Virus record (IMG/VR): IMGVR_UViG_2778261152_000009 | Coordinates: 1 to 39,710 of that record | Reading direction: 5' to 3' (one strand) | Length of the DNA: 39,710 nucleotides | Source: a virus | Taxonomy: Duplodnaviria; Heunggongvirae; Uroviricota; Caudoviricetes | Part shown: positions 17,722 through 26,846 of the stretch, piece by piece | How the letters are laid out: each line of letters opens with the position of its first letter | Position numbering within the stretch: the first letter of the stretch is position 1 | Made by a program: the position numbers and the translations under genes | Notes under the pieces: generated by a model | The model's input: the letters and a program-made list of their open reading frames with translations, nothing else | The model's database searches: none | What the model was told of the DNA's origin: nothing

Positions 17722-18370
17722 TGGCAGCAAATACCGAAATATTTGGGTAGTTGGCGATCTGCACGGATGCTACACGAACCTGATGAAAAAACTGGAGACG
17801 ATAGGATTCGACACCAACAAAGACCTGCTTATCTCGGTTGGCGATTTGGTCGATCGCGGTACAGAGAACGTCGAATGTCTGGAATTAATCACATTCCCCT
17901 GGTTCCGAGCTGTACGTGGAAACCATGAGCAAATGATGATTGATGGCTTATCAGAGCGTGGAAACGTCAATCACTGGCTGCTTAATGGCGGTGGCTGGTT
18001 CTTTAATCTCGATTACGACAAAGAAATTCTGGCTAAAGCTCTTGCCCATAAAGCAGATGAACTTCCGTTAATCATCGAACTGGTGAGCGAAGGTAAAAAA
18101 TATGTCATCTGCCACGCCGATTATCCTTGTGACGAATACGAATTTGGAAAGCCAGTTGATCATCAGCAGGTAATCTGGAACCGCGAACGAATCAGCAACT
18201 CACAAGACGGGATCGTGAAAGAAATCAAAGGAGCGGACACGTTCATCTTTGGTCATACGCCAGCAGTGAAACCACTCAAGTTTGCCAACCAGATGTATAT
18301 CGATACCGGCGCAGTGTTCTGCGGAAACCTCACATTGATTCAGGTACAGGGAGAAGGCGCGTGGGCATAA
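17699..18370 (+). CDS. Ser/Thr protein phosphatase (lambda PPase / NinI-like)
   Basis: Internal Met MRYYERIDG... of ORF 17624..18370; calcineurin-like metallophosphatase motifs GDLHG, GDLVDRG, GNHE. Confidence 0.85.
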   Translation: MRYYERIDGSKYRNIWVVGDLHGCYTNLMKKLETIGFDTNKDLLISVGDLVDRGTENVECLELITFPWFRAVRGNHEQMMIDGLSERGNVNHWLLNGGGWFFNLDYDKEILAKALAHKADELPLIIELVSEGKKYVICHADYPCDEYEFGKPVDHQQVIWNRERISNSQDGIVKEIKGADTFIFGHTPAVKPLKFANQMYIDTGAVFCGNLTLIQVQGEGAWA

Positions 18371-18879
18371 GAGAACTAAACCTCACCAAAGAGCAGCACG
18401 AGTGGCTGAATGGCTGGCTTGAACTGTGGGGCGCATGGGTTTATTCAGGTCGTCTGGAAAAGCGCATGAGCAGCGTAATAGCGAAGTTCATGGAGAGCGT
18501 AGAGCCGGGAAGAGTTATAACAAGGCCAATGTGCAATGATGATGATGGAATGTTGATTTCTCAGGTCGTCGATTCCGTCATGTACATTGACAAGAAAGCC
18601 TTTGGCATCCTCCTCAGCTACTACGCTCATGGTTCATCTAAGCGAGCAATTGCATCCTACTATCACGCGACTGCAAAGCCACGCAAGATGTGTGGACGTG
18701 GTGGCGAGGGATGGAGAAAACCTTCACTGGCAACCTGTAGAAACGAAATTGACGACATCCTGAAAGCGTCATTATTTGTTTTATACCAGCCAATGCAAAA
18801 TGCTTTCAAAATGCGTAAACGTGTTGAGAAAATTAAGCATGTTGCTGTTAAAAGCCTTGACATGCAATTAGCCATTTAG
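18361..18879 (+). CDS. Putative late-gene antiterminator Q (non-lambda type)
   Basis: 172-aa ORF in the canonical Q position (after the phosphatase, before the lysis genes); not similar to lambda Q as recalled, so the call is mainly positional. Confidence 0.5.
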   Translation: MGIRELNLTKEQHEWLNGWLELWGAWVYSGRLEKRMSSVIAKFMESVEPGRVITRPMCNDDDGMLISQVVDSVMYIDKKAFGILLSYYAHGSSKRAIASYYHATAKPRKMCGRGGEGWRKPSLATCRNEIDDILKASLFVLYQPMQNAFKMRKRVEKIKHVAVKSLDMQLAI

Positions 18880-18895
18880 CCATAATTAGAGGGTA

Positions 18896-18940
18896 AGCTG
18901 CCGTTAGTGACTCTTAAGTTGCAACGGTGGCTTTTTTATT
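18896..18940 (+). terminator. Putative intrinsic terminator downstream of the Q-like gene
   Basis: AGCTGCCGTT ... AACGGTGGCT stem (10 bp with two G-U pairs, 17-nt loop) followed by TTTTTTATTT; the large loop makes this tentative. Confidence 0.35.
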
Positions 18941-18941
18941 T

Positions 18942-19016
18942 GGGTCAGTCGTATAAAGGTCATTACGGAAGGCTGTTAACCTTCTTATCGTGGTTCGAGT
19001 CCACGCTGTCCCGCCA
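18942..19016 (+). tRNA. tRNA-like gene, anticodon GUU (Asn-like), imperfect cloverleaf
   Basis: Manual fold: perfect T-arm CGTGG-TTCGAGT-CCACG, perfect anticodon arm GAAGG-CTGTTAA-CCTTC with U33/A37, D-loop with GG, encoded CCA; acceptor and D stems each have one U-U mismatch. Confidence 0.4.
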
Positions 19017-19021
19017 AATAT

Positions 19022-19097
19022 GTTGGTTTAGCTCCAATGGTAGAGCAGTCGCCTTGTAAGCGAATGGGTAGCGGTTCAAGTCCGTTAACCAGCACCA
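19022..19097 (+). tRNA. tRNA, anticodon UGU (Thr)
   Basis: Manual fold: acceptor GTTGGTT/AACCAGC (one G-U), U8, D-arm GCTC-CAATGGTA-GAGC, anticodon loop CTTGTAA, T-arm AGCGG-TTCAAGT-CCGTT, discriminator A, encoded CCA; 5 nt after the first tRNA-like gene. Confidence 0.5.
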
Positions 19098-19339
19098 TAA
19101 CTGAGCCGTAGCCACTGGCTATCCTGAATTCATCAGTGATAGTTACGCTGCGGCCTTCTACACATGATCTTCGTGAAAGCGGGTGGCAAGAGGTTGCGCT
19201 AACAACCTCCTGCCGTTTTGCCCGTGCATATCGGTCACGAACAAATCTGATTACTAAACACAGTAGCCTGGATTTGTTCTATCAGTAATCGACCTTATTC
19301 CTAATTAAATAGAGCAAATCCCCTTATTGGGGGTAAGAC

Positions 19340-19663
19340 ATGAAGATGCCAGAAAAACATGACCTGTTAGCCGCCATTCTCGCGGCAAAGGAACAAGGCA
19401 TCGGGGCAATCCTTGCGTTTGCAATGGCGTACCTTCGCGGCAGATATAATGGCGGTGCGTTTACAAAAACAGTAATCGACGCAACGATGTGCGCCATTAT
19501 CGCCTGGTTCATTCGTGACCTTCTCGACTTCGCCGGACTAAGTAGCAATCTCGCTTATATAACGAGCGTGTTCATCGGCTACATCGGTACTGACTCGATT
19601 GGTTCGCTTATCAAACGCTTCGCTGCTAAAAAAGCCGGAGTAGAAGATGGTGGAAATCAATAA
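19340..19663 (+). CDS. S: Holin, lambda S type (dual-start motif)
   Basis: 107 aa, essentially identical to lambda S as recalled ([34 protein letters not shown]...), including the Met1-Lys2-Met3 dual start. Confidence 0.9.
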   Translation: MKMPEKHDLLAAILAAKEQGIGAILAFAMAYLRGRYNGGAFTKTVIDATMCAIIAWFIRDLLDFAGLSSNLAYITSVFIGYIGTDSIGSLIKRFAAKKAGVEDGGNQ

Positions 19664-20123
19664 TCAACGTAAGGCGTTCCTCGATATGCTGGCGTGGTCA
19701 GAGGGGACTGATAACGGACGTCAGAAAACCAGAAATCATGGTTATGACGTCATTGTAGGCGGAGAGCTATTCACTGATTACTCAGATCACCCTCGCAAAC
19801 TTGTCACGCTAAACCCCAAACTCAAATCAACAGCTGCAGGCCGTTACCAGCTTCTTTCCCGTTGGTGGGATGCCTATCGTAAGCAGCTTGGCCTGAAAGA
19901 TTTCTCTCCGAAAAGCCAGGACGCTGTGGCATTGCAACAGATTAAAGAGCGTGGCGCTTTACCGATGATTGATCGCGGTGATATTCGTCAGGCTATCGAC
20001 CGTTGCAGCAATATCTGGGCTTCACTGCCTGGCGCTGGTTATGGTCAGTTCGAGCATAAGGCTGACAGCCTGATTGCAAAATTCAAAGAAGCAGGCGGAA
20101 CGGTCAGAGAGATTGAGGCATGA
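19647..20123 (+). CDS. R: Endolysin, lambda R type (lytic transglycosylase)
   Basis: 158 aa, near-identical to lambda R as recalled ([45 protein letters not shown]...). Confidence 0.9.
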   Translation: MVEINNQRKAFLDMLAWSEGTDNGRQKTRNHGYDVIVGGELFTDYSDHPRKLVTLNPKLKSTAAGRYQLLSRWWDAYRKQLGLKDFSPKSQDAVALQQIKERGALPMIDRGDIRQAIDRCSNIWASLPGAGYGQFEHKADSLIAKFKEAGGTVREIEA

Positions 20124-20557
20124 GCAGAGTCACCGCGATTATCTCCGCTCTGGTTATCTGCATCATCGTCTGTCTGTCATGGGCTGTTAATCATTACCGT
20201 GATAACGCCATCGCATACAAAGAGCAACGTGATAAAGCCACATCCACAATCGCTGACATGCAGAAGCGTCAACGTGATGTAGCAGAACTCGACGCCAGAT
20301 ACACAAAGGAGCTTGCTGATGCTAATGCGACTATCGAAAGTCTCCGTGCTGATGTTTCTGCTGGGCGTAAGCGCCTGCAAGTCGCCGCCACCTGTGCAAA
20401 GTCAACGACCGGAGCCAGCAGCATGGGCGATGGAGAAAGCCCAAGACTTACAGCAGATGCTGAACTCAATTATTACCGTCTCCGAAGTGGAATCGACAGG
20501 ATAACCGCGCAGGTTAACTACCTGCAGGAGTACATCAGGACTCAGTGCCTGAAATAA
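20120..20557 (+). CDS. Rz: Spanin, inner-membrane subunit (Rz)
   Basis: 145 aa; N-terminus [31 protein letters not shown] matches lambda Rz; the rest is a diverged coiled-coil. Confidence 0.85.
   Translation: MSRVTAIISALVICIIVCLSWAVNHYRDNAIAYKEQRDKATSTIADMQKRQRDVAELDARYTKELADANATIESLRADVSAGRKRLQVAATCAKSTTGASSMGDGESPRLTADAELNYYRLRSGIDRITAQVNYLQEYIRTQCLK
20313..20504 (+). CDS. Rz1: Spanin, outer-membrane lipoprotein subunit (Rz1), embedded in Rz in the +1 frame
   Basis: Embedded ORF with lipobox-like LLGVSAC followed by a proline-rich segment [13 protein letters not shown]; exact start among the N-terminal Met codons is uncertain. Confidence 0.65.
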   Translation: MLMLMRLSKVSVLMFLLGVSACKSPPPVQSQRPEPAAWAMEKAQDLQQMLNSIITVSEVESTG

Positions 20558-20588
20558 TTTTTTTGCAAATCACAAAGTCCATTTAATG

Positions 20589-20616
20589 AGCCTCGCGATG
20601 CGGGGCTTTTTTATGT
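20589..20616 (+). terminator. Rho-independent terminator after the lysis cassette
   Basis: GCCTCGC-GAT-GCGGGGC hairpin followed by TTTTTTA. Confidence 0.55.
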
Positions 20617-20759
20617 CCGCAGTAAACGCGCTTCACACGCGCGACTTATGAACACAGAACCTTTCAGGATGACCCTTGAGGATGCCGGTTTGGTGATCGG
20701 TGCCTTTCTGTGGGCCGGAATCCTGTGTGACAAGGTTCATCACTAAAAGGTGATCACTG

Positions 20760-21290
20760 ATGAAGTACCCAACAGTTATTGTCAATGGTGTGTCCGTTCG
20801 TGTTGATGAGGATGGACGCTACAACTTAAACGATCTCCATGCAGCAGCAGTTGCAAATGGAGAGGCTACAGAGCAACAGCGCCCAAGCCAGTTTTTGCGT
20901 AGCGCGCAGATAAAACGCTTCATAAAAGCACTGGAGGCCAAAGTGCAAAAAAGCACTTTGGAACAAATTCAACCACTTAAAATAATCAAAGGTGGTGCAG
21001 AACCAGGTGTGTGGGGTGTTGAACTTCTGGCAATCAGATATGCAGCATGGATTAAGCCGGAATTTGAAATCGAAGTTTATGAAGTTTTCAAAACGGTTGT
21101 CCGTCTCGGCGTTGGCGCAATGTCCCGTCTGAATAGAATCGATCACATCATCAATACTGAAACCAAAGCGATAAGCCAGTGCGCAAGCCAAATGGCTAAG
21201 TGGGGCGTTGGTGGGCGAAAAAGATTGCTTCATGTTGCACGTGAGAGAGCGGCAAATGAAGTGCAAATGTATTTGCCCGGAATGGTGTGA
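20760..21290 (+). CDS. Hypothetical protein, possibly KilA-N / Bro-N-type DNA-binding domain
   Basis: 176-aa ORF between the lysis cassette and the packaging genes (a common moron site); N-terminal beta-rich segment with YNLNDLH resembles KilA-N domains as I recall them; tentative. Confidence 0.4.
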   Translation: MKYPTVIVNGVSVRVDEDGRYNLNDLHAAAVANGEATEQQRPSQFLRSAQIKRFIKALEAKVQKSTLEQIQPLKIIKGGAEPGVWGVELLAIRYAAWIKPEFEIEVYEVFKTVVRLGVGAMSRLNRIDHIINTETKAISQCASQMAKWGVGGRKRLLHVARERAANEVQMYLPGMV

Positions 21291-21546
21291 TTTTGCAGAT
21301 TAATCCAGTTTTTGCATTACGGCAGTACCGCGAAACAACCCAAGCCAGTAAGTGGGGAAATAACACTGGCAGCCACTGAAAGATGAACCTCCTGCCTTAT
21401 GGCAAAAAAGATTCTTTGTGGTGGCGGACTGATGGAAAGACATCGGTTATTGCAGAGACCATTCAATGAGTGGTCTCGACAATGGCTTATACCCTACACG
21501 GGATAACTTAACTGATATCCCTTTTAACGGATAAACGGAGCCAACA

Positions 21547-21789
21547 ATGGCAGAGATTATTCCCATGACTGAAGAACAGAAATTCCAGTTAGAGATTTAC
21601 AAGCTGGTCATGAACCAGAACGCAGCCGCAGAAGAAGCATTTCAGTTCATTGGCACTGACGAGCTGAAGCTTGAGCTATTCAAAATTCACTTCCAGTCAG
21701 GTGGCGCTAATTCAGATATCACGACCCGCACTATCGAAGCGGTGCGTAAATCTAAGGAAGCGTTAGACCTGTTCACCACCGGAGCATAA
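21547..21789 (+). CDS. Hypothetical protein
   Basis: 80-aa ORF immediately upstream of the small terminase gene. Confidence 0.45.
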   Translation: MAEIIPMTEEQKFQLEIYKLVMNQNAAAEEAFQFIGTDELKLELFKIHFQSGGANSDITTRTIEAVRKSKEALDLFTTGA

Positions 21790-21791
21790 AC

Positions 21792-22232
21792 ATGGCGCGC
21801 CCAACGAAGTATCAAGAGGCGTATGCCGAACAGGCACGCAAACTGTGCTTGCTGGGCTATACAGACGCCGAACTCGCGGACTTCTTTGAAGTGAGCGAGG
21901 CAACAATCAACAATTGGAAATTGGAATATCCGGAGTTTTTAGAGTCCATAAAAAAGGGTAAGGACGTCGCTGATGCAGAAGTTAGTGATCGTCTTTATCA
22001 ACGCGCTATGGGCTTCGTGGCTCCAGACATCGATATTCGTGTTATTGAAAACAGAATTGTCGAAACTCCGCTTGAGAAGTATTACCCGCCTGATACAACA
22101 GCTGCCATCTTCTGGCTTAAGAACCGACAGAAGGATAAATGGCGCGACAAGGTTGATCACGAGCTAACAGGCAAAGACGGCGGCGCAATTCAGATTGAAA
22201 CATCACCGATGAGCACTCTATTCGGGAAATGA
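21792..22232 (+). CDS. Terminase small subunit
   Basis: 146-aa ORF directly upstream of and overlapping the large terminase; HTH-like N-terminus (LGYTDAELADFFEVSEATINNWK); call is by position and size. Confidence 0.65.
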   Translation: MARPTKYQEAYAEQARKLCLLGYTDAELADFFEVSEATINNWKLEYPEFLESIKKGKDVADAEVSDRLYQRAMGFVAPDIDIRVIENRIVETPLEKYYPPDTTAAIFWLKNRQKDKWRDKVDHELTGKDGGAIQIETSPMSTLFGK

Positions 22233-23644
22233 CCTCGATTAATCCTATCTTTGAACCGTTCATTGAGGCGCATCGCTACAAAGTCGCCAAAGGCGGTCGA
22301 GGTAGCGGTAAGTCATGGGCAATTGCGAGGCTGCTTGTTGAAGCGGCGCGTCGGCAGCCAGTGCGTATTCTCTGCGCTCGTGAACTGCAAAACAGTATCA
22401 GCGATTCGGTAATCCGGTTGCTTGAAGATACCATCGAGCGTGAAGGATATTCGGCTGAGTTTGAAATTCAGCGTTCAATGATTCGTCATCTCGGAACGAA
22501 TGCTGAATTCATGTTCTACGGCATCAAAAACAACCCGACGAAGATTAAATCGCTCGAAGGTATTGATATCTGCTGGGTGGAAGAAGCGGAGGCGGTAACG
22601 AAGGAATCATGGGATATCCTGATACCAACCATCCGTAAGCCGTTCTCTGAAATATGGGTGAGCTTTAACCCGAAAAACATCCTCGACGATACCTATCAGC
22701 GATTCGTTGTAAATCCTCCCGATGATATTTGCCTGCTGACGGTGAACTACACCGACAACCCGCACTTTCCTGAAGTTCTCCGTCTGGAGATGGAAGAGTG
22801 CAAACGCAGAAATCCGACACTGTATCGTCACATCTGGCTTGGTGAGCCGGTAAGCGCAAGTGATATGGCAATCATCAAACGTGAATGGCTTGAAGCCGCA
22901 ACCGATGCGCACAAGAAACTCGGATGGAAAGCGAAAGGCGCTGTTGTCTCTGCGCATGACCCATCAGATACAGGGCCAGATGCTAAAGGTTATGCATCGC
23001 GTCACGGTTCGGTAGTTAAGCTCATTGCCGAAGGTCTGCTGATGGACATCAATGAAGGTGCTGACTGGGCAACTTCGCTGGCTATTAAAGACGGCGCTGA
23101 CCACTATTTGTGGGATGGTGATGGTGTTGGTGCGGGGCTGCGCAGACAGACAACGGAAGCATTCTCCGGTAAGAAAATCACCGCCACGATGTTCAAGGGC
23201 AGCGAATCGCCATTCGATGAAGATGCACCGTATCAGGCCGGAGCATGGGCTGATGAAGTCGTACAGGGCGACAACGTTCGCACTATTGGCGATGTGTTCC
23301 GCAATAAGCGAGCGCAATTCTATTACGCGCTGGCTGACAGGCTGTATCTGACATATCGGGCGGTTGTTCATGGTGAGTATGCAGACCCCGACGACATGCT
23401 GAGTTTCGACAAAGAAGCGATAGGCGAGAAGATGCTGGAGAAGCTGTTTGCAGAACTGACGCAGATTCAGCGCAAATTCAATAACAACGGGAAGCTGGAG
23501 CTAATGACTAAGGTCGAAATGAAGCAGAAGCTCGGTATTCCATCTCCTAACCTGGCTGATGCGCTGATGATGTGTATGCATTGCCCGGAGTCGGCTGCGC
23601 AACCCGACTATTCCAGTTACTCAATTCCTTGTGGTGTAGGTTGA
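22229..23644 (+). CDS. Terminase large subunit (ATPase + nuclease)
   Basis: 471 aa; Walker A AKGGRGSGKS near the N-terminus, Walker B-like DICWVEEAE; size and position match Sf6/P22-type large terminases. Confidence 0.9.
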   Translation: MTSINPIFEPFIEAHRYKVAKGGRGSGKSWAIARLLVEAARRQPVRILCARELQNSISDSVIRLLEDTIEREGYSAEFEIQRSMIRHLGTNAEFMFYGIKNNPTKIKSLEGIDICWVEEAEAVTKESWDILIPTIRKPFSEIWVSFNPKNILDDTYQRFVVNPPDDICLLTVNYTDNPHFPEVLRLEMEECKRRNPTLYRHIWLGEPVSASDMAIIKREWLEAATDAHKKLGWKAKGAVVSAHDPSDTGPDAKGYASRHGSVVKLIAEGLLMDINEGADWATSLAIKDGADHYLWDGDGVGAGLRRQTTEAFSGKKITATMFKGSESPFDEDAPYQAGAWADEVVQGDNVRTIGDVFRNKRAQFYYALADRLYLTYRAVVHGEYADPDDMLSFDKEAIGEKMLEKLFAELTQIQRKFNNNGKLELMTKVEMKQKLGIPSPNLADALMMCMHCPESAAQPDYSSYSIPCGVG

Positions 23645-23645
23645 T

Positions 23646-25844
23646 ATGGCAGAAAAAAAGATGGCTGACTGGCATCGCAAGGTGCTGTGCAACTTTGATA
23701 ATGCCTGGTCGGCAACGCAGGATATGCGTGAGCAGATTATTGAGGCTCAACGTTTCGTCAGGGTGTCCGGCGCACAGTGGGAAGGCAGCACAAACGCTGG
23801 TTACTCATTTGATGAAGGCAGGTTTGAGCATTATCCGCGCTTTGAACTGAATAAGATTGCCCGTGAATGTGATCGCATCATTGGCGAGTATCGACAGAAT
23901 CGCATAAGCGTTAAATTCAGGCCGAAGGATGACAAGGCATCGGAAGCGTTAGCCGAAAAGATGAACGGCAAATTCCGCGCTGACTATCAGGAAACATCCG
24001 GCGGCGAAGCGTGTGATAACGCATTTGATGATGCTGTAACGGGCGGATTCGGTTGTTTCCGCATGTGTGCCGATTACGAAGATGAAATGGATCCGAGTAA
24101 CGAGCAGCGACGCATCAGCCTTCTTCCTGTTTACGACCCAGCGACATGCGTCTTCTTCGATCAGGACAGCAAGCAATATGACCGCTCTGATGCTATGTGG
24201 GCTATGGAAATGTTCTCCATGACGCCTAAAGCGTTCGAGGCTGAATACCCTGATTCCATCGCGGCAAGCCTTTCTCGTGATGACACTGGCACTCAATATG
24301 ACTGGTCAACTCCTGATGCTATCTATGTTGGTCGCTACTACGAAGTTCGCATAGAGAAGGTGAAGCTCACAGCATGGCGTAACCCTGTTAGCGGAGAAAC
24401 GGCAATCTATGATGAAGAGCAAATCAAAGATATTGTCGACGAGCTGACCGATGGCGCATTCGAACTGATTGGCGAGCGGACAGTGAAGAAACGCCGCGTT
24501 TATTGCGGTCTTCTGTCTGGCGCTGAATGGCTGGAAGAACCGAAGCGTATTCCGGGTGAACATATTCCTCTCATCCCGGTATATGGGCGTCGCTCATTTG
24601 TTGATAATCAGGAGCGAATCGAAGGCCACGCTGCAAAAGCGATGGATGCACAGCGTCTTGAGAACCTGATGGTTTCCATGATTGCAGATAATGCTACTCA
24701 GGCTGGCGGTGATGGCATTCCTATCGTGGATGTTGATTTCATTCCCGGTCCATTAATGAATCACTGGGCAGAGAGGAATAAGAAAAGACCTGCAGTTCTT
24801 CCCATGACCAGCAAGAAGGACAAAAACGGAACGGTCATTTCAGAGGCTCAGGTTGCTGGCTGGACACCTCCTACACAAATGCCTCCTGCTCTTGCCGGGC
24901 TATTGCAGTACACCGGAACGGCTATTCAGCAAATTACAGGTGCGTCTCAGCTTGAGAACATGCCGAGCAACGTCGCTACCGATACCGTTGATAGCATCTT
25001 TAACCGGATGGACACGCAGTCCTATATCTACATGGACAACATGGCTAAATCCATGCGCCGTGCTGGCGTCGTGTGGCTTTCTATGGCGCGTGAGGTCTAT
25101 GGCAGTGATACGCCGATGCGTATCGTTAATGAGGACGGCAGCGATGACGTGGCGCTGATGACTGGTGAAGTTGTTGACCGTCAGACAGGGCAGGTTATCG
25201 CGCTTAATGACCTTTCGCAGGGCAACTATGAAGTGACTGTCGATGTTGGTCAGTCGTTCGCTACTCGCCGTGATGCAACGGTTAAGTCGTTACTTTCCAT
25301 GCTGGCACTTATCCCACCAGGAACGCCGAAGCACGACCTTGTATCGTCGATGATTCTCGACAATATGGACGGCGAAGGGATGGACGACCTTAAAGAATAC
25401 AACCGCAATCAGTTGCTTCTGTCTGGAGTTATCAAGCCGAGAACACCAGAAGAACAGAAGATGGTTGAGCAGGTGAAACAACAACAGGCCAGTCAGCCAG
25501 ATCCGGCTATGGTTGCTGCGCAAGGTCAGCTTCTTGCTGGCCAGGCTGAATTGCAGAAAGCGCAGAACGAACAGGCAGCCATTCAGGTTAAAGCATTCCA
25601 GGCACAGACTGATGCTCAGGTTGCAGCGGCAAATGTTGTGAAAATACTCGCATCTGCCGATAGTCAGCAGAAATCTGATATCCGCGAGGCTCTGAAACTG
25701 CTCGGACAGTTCCAGCAACAGCAAGGAGACAATGCCCGTGCTGATGCAGAGCTTGTCCTGAAAAGTCAGGCACAGGGTCATGCGCAGCGCATGGACATCA
25801 GCAGCATCCTGCAAAAATCAACTCAGCAACAACCACAGCAGTAA
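23646..25844 (+). CDS. Portal protein (P22 gp1-like)
   Basis: 732 aa, immediately after the large terminase; size and a C-terminal Gln-rich helical barrel-like tail (...QQQGDNARADAELVLKSQAQGHAQ...) are as in P22-like portals. Confidence 0.85.
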   Translation: MAEKKMADWHRKVLCNFDNAWSATQDMREQIIEAQRFVRVSGAQWEGSTNAGYSFDEGRFEHYPRFELNKIARECDRIIGEYRQNRISVKFRPKDDKASEALAEKMNGKFRADYQETSGGEACDNAFDDAVTGGFGCFRMCADYEDEMDPSNEQRRISLLPVYDPATCVFFDQDSKQYDRSDAMWAMEMFSMTPKAFEAEYPDSIAASLSRDDTGTQYDWSTPDAIYVGRYYEVRIEKVKLTAWRNPVSGETAIYDEEQIKDIVDELTDGAFELIGERTVKKRRVYCGLLSGAEWLEEPKRIPGEHIPLIPVYGRRSFVDNQERIEGHAAKAMDAQRLENLMVSMIADNATQAGGDGIPIVDVDFIPGPLMNHWAERNKKRPAVLPMTSKKDKNGTVISEAQVAGWTPPTQMPPALAGLLQYTGTAIQQITGASQLENMPSNVATDTVDSIFNRMDTQSYIYMDNMAKSMRRAGVVWLSMAREVYGSDTPMRIVNEDGSDDVALMTGEVVDRQTGQVIALNDLSQGNYEVTVDVGQSFATRRDATVKSLLSMLALIPPGTPKHDLVSSMILDNMDGEGMDDLKEYNRNQLLLSGVIKPRTPEEQKMVEQVKQQQASQPDPAMVAAQGQLLAGQAELQKAQNEQAAIQVKAFQAQTDAQVAAANVVKILASADSQQKSDIREALKLLGQFQQQQGDNARADAELVLKSQAQGHAQRMDISSILQKSTQQQPQQ

Positions 25845-25934
25845 TTAACCCATAACGTGCAATGGCTGTCTTTATGAGGCCTGGCACCCTATTGCCTTCC
25901 GATGGGCTGAACATCGAGTAAACAGGGGTAACAA

Positions 25935-26828
25935 ATGGACCAGATGGCAGAAAACACACCAGAAGTTGAAATCGAAACCGACGCGTCAGAGCAGATTCCT
26001 GATGATGTCGAACTGGCTGAAGAAGTCGAAACAGAAGATGGCAGTGAGTCCTCCGGCAATGATGTAGAGGAAGATACTGAAACTGATGCCGACGAATCAG
26101 AACAGGAATTCTACTTTGGTGACGAAAAGCTGGATTCGCCAACCAGCGAAGATGGCGCAGAGCATGGACTGGTAAAACACCTGCGCAAGACGATTAAAGA
26201 GAAAGACCGTGAGCTGAAAGAGCTGATGCGTCAGTCTCAGAAACCCGTCGAGCAGCAGCCGGTAATCACTCAACCACCGCGAATGCCAAAACTGGATGAT
26301 GAGGACATCGGTTTCGATGAAGAAATCTACCAGCAACGCATGGCTAAGTGGGCAGAGGATAACGGCAAGTACCAGCAACAGGAGATGGCTCGCAAGCAGA
26401 AGGAGCAGGAGCTTCAGGCTGCCTATCAAGAGCGATTATCCAAATATCAGCAACGTGTTAAGGCTCTCAAAGTTCCTGGCTATCAGGAAGCTGAGCAGGC
26501 CGTACTCGAGGAAATCCCCATCGAGACACAAAACGCGATCCTGTTTGAGTCAGAGAAGCCGGAAATCGTTGTTCTGGCACTCGGTCGCAACGCTGAACTG
26601 CGCAAGCAACTGGCAGAAGCTACCAACCCCGTAGCAATTGGTCGTCTGCTGGAACGTATCGAATCGAAGGCCAGAATCATGCCAAAAGCAAAAACCACGG
26701 CAGCCACAACCCCGACAGTTAAGGGGAGCAACGGCGCAGTAATCAATAACCTCGACAAACTGAAAGCCAAGGCGCTGGAAACTGGTGACTGGACGCCGTA
26801 TTTCGCCGCTAAAAAGGCAAAAAAATAA
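25935..26828 (+). CDS. Scaffolding protein
   Basis: 297 aa between portal and coat; strongly acidic N-terminal ~65 residues, charged helical middle, basic C-terminus (AAKKAKK). Confidence 0.65.
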   Translation: MDQMAENTPEVEIETDASEQIPDDVELAEEVETEDGSESSGNDVEEDTETDADESEQEFYFGDEKLDSPTSEDGAEHGLVKHLRKTIKEKDRELKELMRQSQKPVEQQPVITQPPRMPKLDDEDIGFDEEIYQQRMAKWAEDNGKYQQQEMARKQKEQELQAAYQERLSKYQQRVKALKVPGYQEAEQAVLEEIPIETQNAILFESEKPEIVVLALGRNAELRKQLAEATNPVAIGRLLERIESKARIMPKAKTTAATTPTVKGSNGAVINNLDKLKAKALETGDWTPYFAAKKAKK

Positions 26829-26846
26829 CCTATCGGAGCATTAAGC

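Noticed and set aside
19098-19230. Possible third tRNA after the two tRNA-like genes
   Set aside because: No T-loop (GTTCRA) motif or acceptor/CCA pairing could be folded in this stretch.
18880-19339. Shiga-toxin or other virulence cargo between Q and the lysis genes
   Set aside because: The interval is only about 460 bp and holds just the tRNA-like genes and leader sequence; no toxin-sized ORF is present.
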